A model generated the notes under the pieces. The model worked only from the letters and a program-made list of their open reading frames with translations, was not told the origin of the DNA and made no database searches. A stretch of DNA of 64,000 nucleotides from an uncultured delta proteobacterium. Its GTDB lineage: Bacteria; Desulfobacterota; Syntrophobacteria; BM002. Shown in pieces: positions 48,225-56,336 of the stretch. The DNA lies in assembly GCA_963712115.1 (NCBI GenBank), contig CAVQGX010000039.1, forward strand, positions 88 through 64,087, given 5' to 3'. The stretch's first letter is position 1. Each line of letters opens with the position of its first letter. The position numbers were made by a program, and so were the translations under genes.

Positions 48225-49100
48225 TTACCACTTGCTGATCTTTTTTACCAGTGCGAGGACGCTCTTTTCCGGTCTGAAGCTGAGTTCTTGACATGGGACC
48301 TGAGCTGCTAGCTGGCTGAAGAACTCCAGAACAAATTGCATCCCTTGGAAGTCCCACAGGGGGGGAAAGGAACAGGTGAGGAGGTGCGATACCGGATCGA
48401 GCCCTTTCATATCTTTGACCGAATTCTCCTGTCCATGGCTCAGGAAGAAAATTCTTTCTAACTTGGCTTCCCGAGGCGAACCGAATGCGGCCTCGCCATG
48501 CCAGGGCGTGCCGTAAATCCTGAACTCACGACCCTGTTTTCGCACAATAACTCTGTCGTCGCTGAGTATATCAACACCATTTTCTTGAGCCCACATCCTC
48601 GCCAGCGTGCTTTTACCAGCCCCGGATTCCCCCAAAAAAAGGATTCCTCTATCCTCAATTACGATGCCGCAGGCGTGAAGGATGACTCCCCTTTCCTGTG
48701 CCAGGTAATGGATGAGCAAAAGTTCCATAGTGGGACCAAAGAAGGGGTCGATGAAGCGGATACAGTTGTCGGCAAAGTAAAGGTCAGCGTGTTTGAGATG
48801 GTGCGGCAAAAAGAGGGTTCTCTGGAGGTCAGCCATTTCCGGGAAAAGTCTGATCAATGACGTACCGTTTTCACGGTACAGAGTCCAGATCGGGGGGGAC
48901 TCGAAAACTTTTTCTCCAACCACCATGTCAGGGATCCCGAGGTGCAGTTGAAGGCTGATGTCGGTTTTTCCTCGGGCGACAAAGGGAAGATAGGCCGGCG
49001 CTATTTCCCCAAAGACTTTTCCTGCAATGGAAATAGCCACGTCTCCAATTCTGATGGCCACGTTTTTTTGCGACATAAGCATTAAGGTTAAGTGAACCAC
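48225..49100 (-). CDS. HPr-kinase-like P-loop protein (RiPP cassette A)
   Basis: 291 aa. ILHACGIVIEDRGILFLGESGAGKSTLA resembles the HprK/P C-terminal domain P-loop (GxSGxGKS). It is a paralogue of 57928..58854. Confidence 0.7.
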   Translation of the reverse strand: MVHLTLMLMSQKNVAIRIGDVAISIAGKVFGEIAPAYLPFVARGKTDISLQLHLGIPDMVVGEKVFESPPIWTLYRENGTSLIRLFPEMADLQRTLFLPHHLKHADLYFADNCIRFIDPFFGPTMELLLIHYLAQERGVILHACGIVIEDRGILFLGESGAGKSTLARMWAQENGVDILSDDRVIVRKQGREFRIYGTPWHGEAAFGSPREAKLERIFFLSHGQENSVKDMKGLDPVSHLLTCSFPPLWDFQGMQFVLEFFSQLAAQVPCQELSFRPEKSVLALVKKISKW

Positions 49101-49172
49101 GAAGAGTACGAAGATGTTAATATCATTATTTAAATTTGCTTTATGCGATTCTTTGATAAAGGGAAAAAATCT

Positions 49173-49682
49173 TTAATTGCCCCCCTTTACAAAAGGGGGA
49201 CTTTTATGATCCAGTTCCCGTAAAAACCTCTGAAAAACACTCCTCTTCAACCGAGCAAGCCACAGGTAAAGCATGCTCCACAGTCTGACTCTCCAGCGGT
49301 AAGGGTCGATGGTGCGATGACCTCGCTCCAGCCAAACAACCTTGCCCAGGACCTGTTGCGCTTCCACCGGGCAATCGCAGGTCGTGGAAGCGTCCCCCCG
49401 CAGGATAAAGGTGAGTCCAGAACCGTTTCTTTCCTCTATATTCACTATGCGATGGGCAATCAAACCGCTCTGAAGGCGAAAGAGAATAATGTCTTTCTTT
49501 TTGAGCTTGGCTGGCGCTGCAGGCTCAACCGTGATCACGTCACCATGGCGAATGGTGGGATGCATGCTTGTTCCAGGGGCTCGGAAACGCACTCCTAAGC
49601 CGAGGCTCAACACCTCACCACTCAATTGACCAAAACTCGGCGATGAGATCCGAGTTTTCAATGCAAGGTCCGCCTTATTCAC
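49173..49682 (-). CDS. SipW/archaeal-type S26 signal-peptidase-like protein without a membrane anchor (cassette A)
   Basis: GTG start. GTSMHPTIRHGDV (Ser box), IAHRIV (His box) and RGDAS..CD (the GDN-type box). No N-terminal hydrophobic helix is evident. Confidence 0.7.
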   Translation of the reverse strand: MNKADLALKTRISSPSFGQLSGEVLSLGLGVRFRAPGTSMHPTIRHGDVITVEPAAPAKLKKKDIILFRLQSGLIAHRIVNIEERNGSGLTFILRGDASTTCDCPVEAQQVLGKVVWLERGHRTIDPYRWRVRLWSMLYLWLARLKRSVFQRFLRELDHKSPPFVKGGN

Positions 49683-49703
49683 GGTGTCAATAGCCTCGAA
49701 CCA

Positions 49704-49868
49704 TCAAGAGCCTGGGCCGGAGCAGGGTGAGGCCGGCAGACCGCATTCAGCGCCGTCAGGGCCGAGACTTCCAGAGCTTTTGCAAAAGGCCAGGACGGCA
49801 CACTTGGCGTCTAGACTCACCCGCTTAACTTCAGGCTTCTTATATTCTTTCTTCTTACTTTTCTCCAA
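49704..49868 (-). CDS. Candidate RiPP precursor peptide A (54 aa, TTG start), not in the ORF track
   Basis: My translation of the minus strand is (M/L)EKSKKKEYKKPEVKRVSLDAKCAVLAFCKSSGSLGPDGAECGLPASPCSGPGS-stop. An in-frame TAA lies 4 codons upstream. AAGGA sits 6 nt before the TTG. The ORF ends 21 bp before the S26-like gene. The leader EYKKPEVKRVSL parallels KYEKPLIIPFNSL of precursor B, and both cores have 4 Cys. Confidence 0.55.
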   Translation of the reverse strand: MEKSKKKEYKKPEVKRVSLDAKCAVLAFCKSSGSLGPDGAECGLPASPCSGPGS

Positions 49869-50151
49869 GGTTTTTCCTTACAAAAGTTAGAACCAAGTTT
49901 CGCTTGCGATTTGAAGGCTCCTACCTCTTACAATAAATGACAGCGCTACGCTGTCATTTATTGTAAGAGGTAGGGGTCAGGGGTCGGGAGTCAGGGATCA
50001 GTATAAAAATAGTTCCTAAGTATTAAATAATTTTATAATTTTTATACAAAGTTTTACCTCTGCAGGTTGTGCTGTTTGGGGCTAGGATTTGCTTGACACA
50101 CTTGAATGAAGTATTTACTATGGATTAAAGTAAACACTTGGAGGAAACAAA

Positions 50152-50415
50152 ATGGGAATAGTGACGGCCAAACAACTGAAACAAAGAACAGGTGAAATCA
50201 TTAAGCGACTAAAATCAGGTGAAAGCTTCACCCTGACACACCGAGGTAAACCCGTTGCAGTTATTAACCCTTCTTTATCAGAAGAGGAAAGAATCTCTCC
50301 GGGCTTGAGATCATTCGAGGAAGCGTGGGAGGATATTGAAAGACAGTTGGAGAAAACTAAACCTCCATTCAAGAGCTGGAAGGAGGCAACCAGGTGGGCT
50401 CGAAATCGGGTGTAG
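50152..50415 (+). CDS. Phd/YefM-type antitoxin
   Basis: MGIVTAKQLKQRTGEIIKRLKSGESFTLTHRGKPVAVINP is the typical Phd/YefM N-terminal fold. It overlaps the downstream PIN gene. Confidence 0.7.
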   Translation: MGIVTAKQLKQRTGEIIKRLKSGESFTLTHRGKPVAVINPSLSEEERISPGLRSFEEAWEDIERQLEKTKPPFKSWKEATRWARNRV

Positions 50416-50846
50416 TTTTAATTGATACTAATATTTTTGTCATAGACCTGCGATACAGCAGGGATATTCACTATAACGAGAATCTTGCATTTCTCAATGT
50501 CGTAGCTGAAAAGGGAGTAGGTTTTACGACTATTGTTAATCTGTTGGAGCTTTGCGGAATTCTTTCGTTCAATCTCAACGAAAAGCAATTGCTCGAACTG
50601 TGGTTCTATTTTCAGGATAAATACAAGGTGACTGTACTCCCCACCCCTGACCTCACGAGTAATTTTCCCACCATAGGAATTCAAGAGCTATTCGATGTTT
50701 TACAAAATCGGGCTTCACTTGGTGATGCCTTGATGATCACTGTTGCGGCAAAGTATTTACCTTTCATTACCACACTGGTCACTTGGGATGATGAACACTT
50801 CAAAGGTAAATTCCCTGGTAATGTCATGACTCCAGAGGAATACTAG
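50394..50846 (+). CDS. vapC: PIN-domain toxin (VapC-like)
   Basis: VVLIDTNIFV carries the first acidic residue, and the size and the overlap with the antitoxin gene fit the family. Confidence 0.65.
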   Translation: MGSKSGVVLIDTNIFVIDLRYSRDIHYNENLAFLNVVAEKGVGFTTIVNLLELCGILSFNLNEKQLLELWFYFQDKYKVTVLPTPDLTSNFPTIGIQELFDVLQNRASLGDALMITVAAKYLPFITTLVTWDDEHFKGKFPGNVMTPEEY

Positions 50847-51218
50847 ACCCCAGGTCCCACCGGTCTGTGATCTGCTTCGCCGGGATCTGGCGCACAGCTC
50901 TTGTTTGATCTACAGCTAATTGGTGTCCATCTGGAAACTACCCAGTGTTATTCTCAGCCCTTCGGCAAGACCTGCCGACGAACTCAGGTCGAGTCGCTCA
51001 GGGCAGGCTCCGAGAAGAGACGCTCTGTCATCCTGAAGCCTTCGGCAAGCTCAGAGCCTGCCCTGAGCCTGTCGAAGGGATAGACTCCGCGAAGGATCTT
51101 GAGATTCTTCGTCGTCCCGCATAAGCAGGACTCCTCAGAATGACAATCCAAAAGAGGTGTCTCCCGATGGAGACAAACTAGTTTGAGGAACGGCCTTCTT
51201 TATGCTAGGTTGTTTCGC

Positions 51219-51680
51219 ATGAAGGTTCTGTCAAGGAAAAAGTTGGATCAGAAAGAGAAAGATCTCTTGATTTCGCAGCTCAGGGAGTTGCTTTCGGGAA
51301 AAGAACCTGTTTTGTTTGCCTATCTTTATGGGTCTTTCTTAGGGGAGGGATTTTTCCAGGATATCGACGTAGCAGTGTACTTTGATTCGCCTGCCTTCAA
51401 GGATAGTAGCGACATGTTGAATTACTCCCTCGCCTTGAGTGCAGAGTGCGATATGGCCACCACTGGTGTGACCTTCGATCTCAGGCCTCTCAATTTGGCT
51501 CCCCTTCCATTCAGGTTCGACGTCGTGACCCAAGGGCGAGTCCTTTACACTAGGGATGAAGAGCTTCGGGTTGATTTTGAGGCGCGCACTCGAAGCCTCT
51601 ACTTCGACTTTTTACCCCATCTGAGGTTTTACTTTAGGAACATCGTCTTAGGAGAATCGGATGAACGACTTGGAGAATAG
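51219..51680 (+). CDS. mntA: MntA-type minimal nucleotidyltransferase antitoxin
   Basis: LFAYLYGSFLGEGFFQDIDVAVYF (GSx10-11DxD motif). The likely ATG is at 51219. Confidence 0.7.
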   Translation: MKVLSRKKLDQKEKDLLISQLRELLSGKEPVLFAYLYGSFLGEGFFQDIDVAVYFDSPAFKDSSDMLNYSLALSAECDMATTGVTFDLRPLNLAPLPFRFDVVTQGRVLYTRDEELRVDFEARTRSLYFDFLPHLRFYFRNIVLGESDERLGE

Positions 51681-52095
51681 TGTTCTGAACCGCCTATTCA
51701 CAGAGATGGATGAATCCCTCCGTAAGCTTATAAGTCTTTCGAAGCTTTCAGAAGATGAATTCCTAAGCCACTATGAAAAGATCGATACCTCCAAATATAA
51801 TTTCATTGTAGCTATTGAAGCCATAATAGACATCTGCAATCGAATCATTTTAAAGCGAAAACTTGGCTTTCCACAGGACTATTCCGATGTCATCAAGCTT
51901 ATGAGTCAGCAAGGGGTGTTGGAAGGGGATCTGGTCGGGCGGTTGTTGGAGATGGTCAAGTTCAGAAACATGCTGGTCCATCTTTACTGGAAAATAGAAA
52001 ATGACAGGCTATACAAGTATTTAAAGGAAAACCTCGGCGATTTTGAAGCATTCAAAGAGGCTATCAGGAAGTACCTCAAGAAAAGTTCATCATAA
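51661..52095 (+). CDS. hepT: HepT (DUF86) RNase toxin
   Basis: FRNMLVHLYW matches the Rx4HxY catalytic motif. The gene overlaps mntA by 20 nt. Confidence 0.75.
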   Translation: MNDLENSVLNRLFTEMDESLRKLISLSKLSEDEFLSHYEKIDTSKYNFIVAIEAIIDICNRIILKRKLGFPQDYSDVIKLMSQQGVLEGDLVGRLLEMVKFRNMLVHLYWKIENDRLYKYLKENLGDFEAFKEAIRKYLKKSSS

Positions 52096-52176
52096 CCTCC
52101 CACGCATATCTCACATCTCACATTCTTGTCTTCTACTAAGATCGCCCGCTGGAGCTGGAAGTGAGGTCAGAGGAAG

Positions 52177-53313
52177 TCAAGGGAGGCGGGTTTTAAAGAG
52201 GAGTTCTACAGTATTCGCAATCGCCATGGGGGGAACGGTCAGGCCGAGGGCATGTGCCCGGAGATGGGCTACGCGGCAGAGAAAATCCACGGGCTCTTCC
52301 GGATCTTTGTTCTCTAACTCGCCATTGGCCGGGCACATGCCACACATTGCCTTGATCGCACAGGCAAAACACTTGGTCTGCCTGGTGATCTTTTTCTGCC
52401 GGATCTCCGAGATAAAGTCTTCCCAGCCATCTCGGAAACTGCCTTGTCGCAGGTCGTAGGTGTCATTGGCAGACATCCCGCACAGACTGAGGTTTCCTGA
52501 AGGATCAATGGCAAAGGAGCCCACCCCACCACCGCACTGATAGAGATCATCGGAATGGTTTGGGTCTAAACGAGGTGCTGCATAGCGCTCACAGAACCGG
52601 TCCCACTCTGCCAACCGTTCAGAGTCCTGCACATCGAGCTCCACCACCTCTTCCGGTGTGAGCCTGAGGGCTAGAGGAACCTGAGAGCCGTCAAGCCGCG
52701 GGTTGATCATGGCATCGAACCTGAATTCCAAGCCCAGGTCCTCCTCCACAAACCGCTTCATCTCCCAAATCTCATGCCTGTTTAAGGTCATGGTAACGGT
52801 CTTGAGCTTCACGGGCATCCCACGCTCCATGAGCAACCTAATCCCTCGCAGGCAGCAGTCGAAAGAACCTGGTTTGCCGGTTATCTTTTCGTAGGTCTTC
52901 TTGGTGTGCCCGTACAGAATAATTTCAATGTAATGAGGCGGGTACTCGGCTAGAGAATCTGCAATCTTTTCATTGATCAGGATTGCATTGGTAAACAGGG
53001 TGATGAGTAACCCTTTCTGCTTTGCGTACTTGTAGATAACAATGAAGTCCGGTCTGGCGAAGATCTCCCCGCCCGTGTACAGGAGCCAGAAGCAGCCCAA
53101 CTCCACAATCTCATCCAAAATACGACAGTGCTCGTCGTAGGAAAGTTCGCGGTCAAGGGCCTGTTGATTCGCTATGGGCAGATTGTTGTAACAGTGGGCA
53201 CATGCCAATGGACAGCGACGGGTTACCTCAATGGTCCCCCGTAAGGGGATGCGCTTGCCTGAAACCCGGTGGGAGACGCCAAGGGCAAAGTCCTCATAGC
53301 TAACCGTTTCCAT
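52177..53313 (-). CDS. Radical SAM/SPASM peptide maturase (cassette A)
   Basis: The cluster motif is RRCPLACAHC (CxxxCxxC). The C-terminal SPASM cysteines are CGGGVGSFAIDPSGNLSLCG and CFACAIKAMCGMCPA. Confidence 0.85.
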   Translation of the reverse strand: METVSYEDFALGVSHRVSGKRIPLRGTIEVTRRCPLACAHCYNNLPIANQQALDRELSYDEHCRILDEIVELGCFWLLYTGGEIFARPDFIVIYKYAKQKGLLITLFTNAILINEKIADSLAEYPPHYIEIILYGHTKKTYEKITGKPGSFDCCLRGIRLLMERGMPVKLKTVTMTLNRHEIWEMKRFVEEDLGLEFRFDAMINPRLDGSQVPLALRLTPEEVVELDVQDSERLAEWDRFCERYAAPRLDPNHSDDLYQCGGGVGSFAIDPSGNLSLCGMSANDTYDLRQGSFRDGWEDFISEIRQKKITRQTKCFACAIKAMCGMCPANGELENKDPEEPVDFLCRVAHLRAHALGLTVPPMAIANTVELLFKTRLP

Positions 53314-53549
53314 GGTTTATCTCTAACCTGAGAGTGTTCAATAATTCAGTCTTGCATGCCTTGAGGCTTCGACCTAACTGGATCCCCGCCTGCGCGGGGA
53401 TGACTGGTGATGGCATGGCATCGTCATTCCCGCGAAAGCGGGAATCCAGATCATATGCAGACATTCATCTAGTCATTATCAGGGGAAACTATTCATAATA
53501 TAATTTTGTAACTAGTTGATTTGTTAACTTAAAGAAATATTTAACAGTT

Positions 53550-53849
53550 TCAAGTTGCTCCAGACGGCTTGATCAGTCCGGAACCTTCGAGAGATCGGAG
53601 GAAATCCAAAAGGTCTTTTTCCGCCTCCACGGCCCCAACATCGTACTCGTTTTTCACAGCTTCCATTAGCTGCCGAACGGTTTTCTGCCCGTCGATGAGT
53701 TGCCAGATCATGGCGCCCACTTCACTAAGGGTAAAAACTCCCTCCAGATCACCCACGTGACCCTTGATGGGCACAATAATTATCTCACCAGCAACATCTC
53801 TGGTAACGAGTTCCTTCTCTTTGGCAAAACACGTGTCTAAAGTGTTCAT
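53550..53849 (-). CDS. PqqD-family peptide chaperone (RRE), cassette A
   Basis: 99 aa. ...EIIIVPI...VFTLSEVGAMIWQLIDGQKTVRQLMEAVKNEYDV..AEKDLLDFLRSLEGSGLI is the canonical PqqD pattern. Confidence 0.85.
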   Translation of the reverse strand: MNTLDTCFAKEKELVTRDVAGEIIIVPIKGHVGDLEGVFTLSEVGAMIWQLIDGQKTVRQLMEAVKNEYDVGAVEAEKDLLDFLRSLEGSGLIKPSGAT

Positions 53850-53891
53850 GTGAATTCTCCAGGGAGCGATTTTAAATACATCTTATTTTTT

Positions 53892-54012
53892 CCCCTCCCC
53901 TGGCGGGAGGGGATAAAGGGGGGTCTGAACCTGGTACATAGGTTACCCATGTCCGTGGTTGCACGGGGAGGGGGTCACCCCCACCCATACCCTCCCCCGT
54001 CAAGGGGGAGGA
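53892..54012. repeat. GC-rich palindromic REP cluster (CCCCTCCCCTGGCGGGAGGGG / CCCTCCCCCGTCAAGGGGGAGG units)
   Basis: It contains hairpin units plus GGTCTGAACCTGGTACATAGGTTACCCATGTCCGTGGTTGCACGGGGAGGGGG. An inverted copy lies at 54611..54762. Confidence 0.8.
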
Positions 54013-54610
54013 GATTTTAGTATTTCCGGATGGGCACTAACTTTCCACAAGCTTTGTTTCCTCATAGACTCCTGCAATTCTTGGGCCGAGACGTTTCACT
54101 GTCATTTGCCTTCGGCGTCATTGGGTCATTACGCTGCGCTGTCATTGGTTGTAATAGGTAGGAGCCTTCAAGTCGCAAGCGAAGCTTGCTCCTACACGAC
54201 ATTGTAAAGCTAAGATTTCTTGCTGCCAGTTGCTAGCTGTCAGCTGCCTGCTGAATACAACCGGCAAAACGGACTTAACTGGCTTAAAAGTCTTAGGGCA
54301 GCGGGCAGGGGACCACTAGGCACTACACAGAGGGAGTAAGTGTTAAGTAGTTGAGAATAACTCAATTTTGATTGTCTTTCCTTACTGGCTCCTGGCTCCT
54401 GACTCCTGGCTCCTTGTCCCAAGGGTTGTAATTGCGGATATTATCGTTTATAGATCTCTAAATTTTTATTATTTGCAATCATGGGAGCACAAACTGAGAG
54501 TGCCAATGCAGCCTCTTTCGGCCCCGATGTCCGACCTTCTGTTTTTATCCTGTCTTTTCCACTTCGAGCGCAAGCACCATCCCGAGAGGCTTTCCGATAA
54601 CCTTATAGAT

Positions 54611-54762
54611 CCCTCCCCCTTGACGGGGGAGGGTTAGGGTGGGGGTGAAAAATAAATGTATTTCCAGTTATTTTATATCCCCCCTCCCCGTGCAACCACG
54701 GACATGGGTAACCTATGTACCAGGTTCAGACCCCCCTTTATCCCCTCCCGCTAGGGGAGGGG
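54611..54762. repeat. Inverted copy of the GC-rich REP cluster
   Basis: It contains the exact reverse complement of the 53925-53975 segment (CCCCCCTCCCCGTGCAACCACGGACATGGGTAACCTATGTACCAGGTTCAGACC), with a ~30-bp AT-rich insertion. Confidence 0.8.
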
Positions 54763-54911
54763 AAGGGGGTTGTCGGACAGCCTCTCCCGTTTGTTTTCGT
54801 AAGAAAGAGATGCAAAACCAACGGCACGAAGTTTGCTTGAAGTTTATAGGATTGGAGTATTGGAGTATTGGAGTATTGGAGCAGCAAATTGTTTGAAGGG
54901 GAGGTTATCCC

Positions 54912-55199
54912 GTGATGCAAACTGAAAATCCCATAGCCAATCCTCTGATCGTACTTCGGGAGGAGTTTGATGACTGGGCTATACTTTTTGATCCTGATAC
55001 CGGTGATGCCTTCGGCCTCAATCCCATAGGCGTGCACATCTGGAAGCGATTGGATGGTAATCATTCAGTCAAAGACATCTTGCAAGATCTGCAAGAGGGT
55101 TATGAAGATGTGCCGGACGAGGCAGAGGGTGATCTCCAAGAGTTCATTGAGGATTTGGTCCAGCGTGGACTAGCAGGATACGAGATTCAGAAGGATTGA
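54912..55199 (+). CDS. PqqD-family peptide chaperone (RRE), cassette B
   Basis: 95 aa. ...WAILFDPDTGDAFGLNPIGVHIWKRLDGNHSVKDILQDLQEGYEDVPDEAEGDLQEFIEDLVQRGL. GGGGAGG lies upstream of the GTG-ATG start. Confidence 0.85.
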   Translation: MMQTENPIANPLIVLREEFDDWAILFDPDTGDAFGLNPIGVHIWKRLDGNHSVKDILQDLQEGYEDVPDEAEGDLQEFIEDLVQRGLAGYEIQKD

Positions 55200-55206
55200 T
55201 CCGATC

Positions 55207-56310
55207 ATGCAATTAATGAAAACCCCCAGATCTGTGGATCTGGCTATAACCGCCCGATGCAATCTGCGGTGTACTTACTGCAGCCATTTCACCGGTGCGG
55301 GCGACGTGGGTCAGGATCTCCCCAAGGAAGAATGGCTCCAATTTTTCGAGGAATTGAATCGCTGTGCAGTCATGAATGTGACAATCGGGGGAGGAGAGCC
55401 TTTTTGTCGGAAAGATTTACGCGAGCTCATTGAGGGGATTGTCGGCAACCGGATGCGGTTCAATATTCTAAGCAATGGAACATTGATTAATGATGAGATG
55501 GCAGCTTTTCTGGCTTCGACCGGACGCTGTGACGGGGTACAGGTCTCCCTTGATGGCTCGGTTCCGATGACTCATGATGCTTGCAGGGGAGAGGGGAATT
55601 TCATAAGAGCCATGGAGGGCATCAAGTCCCTCCAGAAATATGGCGTTCCTGTTCCCGTCCGGGTGACAATTCACAAATATAACGTAAGGGATCTTGAAAA
55701 TGTTGCCAAACTTCTATTGGAGGACATTGGTCTTCCAAGCTTATCCACCAACGCTGCCTCATATATGGGTCTCTGCCGGCAAAATACTGAACAGATCCAA
55801 CTCACTGCTGAAGAACGCTCCCTGGCCATGGAAACCCTTCTAGAACTCGACAAAAAATACAATGGCCGCATCAGCGCTTCCGCCGGTCCTTTGGCTGAGG
55901 CAGGAAATTGGCTCGAGATGGAAAAGGCTTGTCAGGAAGAGGAAGAAGGTATCCCGGGACGGGGCTATCTTACCAGTTGCAATGGACCCATGAGTCAAAT
56001 CGCCGTGCGTGCTGATGGGGTCATGGTGCCATGCATTCAAATGAGCCATATAGAGTTGGGTCGGATCAACAGAGATGATCTTAAGGAGATCTGGCAGGAA
56101 AATCGTGAACTGAAAAGACTGAGGGAGAGGCATAAAATTGCATTGAGCGAATTCGAGTTTTGTCAGGGGTGTGATTACATCAACTACTGTACCGGTAACT
56201 GTCCTGCTCTGGCCTATACGATTCTAGATAAAGAGAATCATCCGAGCCCGGACGCCTGTCTGAAGCGATTCCTGGAGGCAGGGGGAAGGCTACCGGAGGG
56301 GATTTTTTAA
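55207..56310 (+). CDS. Radical SAM/SPASM peptide maturase 1 (cassette B)
   Basis: ARCNLRCTYC (CxxxCxxC). The SPASM region is CNGPMSQIAVRADGVMVPC and CQGCDYINYCTGNCPA. Confidence 0.85.
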   Translation: MQLMKTPRSVDLAITARCNLRCTYCSHFTGAGDVGQDLPKEEWLQFFEELNRCAVMNVTIGGGEPFCRKDLRELIEGIVGNRMRFNILSNGTLINDEMAAFLASTGRCDGVQVSLDGSVPMTHDACRGEGNFIRAMEGIKSLQKYGVPVPVRVTIHKYNVRDLENVAKLLLEDIGLPSLSTNAASYMGLCRQNTEQIQLTAEERSLAMETLLELDKKYNGRISASAGPLAEAGNWLEMEKACQEEEEGIPGRGYLTSCNGPMSQIAVRADGVMVPCIQMSHIELGRINRDDLKEIWQENRELKRLRERHKIALSEFEFCQGCDYINYCTGNCPALAYTILDKENHPSPDACLKRFLEAGGRLPEGIF

Positions 56311-56336
56311 CCGCAGAGAGCGCAGAGAGCGCAGAG

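Noticed and set aside
53314-53549. Search for a precursor ORF between PqqD A and maturase A
   Set aside because: The only short ORFs are translations of the WIPACAGMT/SFPRKRES-type REP element, and there is no leader-like sequence.
53959-54896. ORFs 53959..54207, 54240..54422, 54368..54637, 54639..54896 and 54738..55064
   Set aside because: They are translations of GC-rich palindromic REPs and stutter repeats (for example SPPARGGEGG strings), or they are antisense to the PqqD gene.
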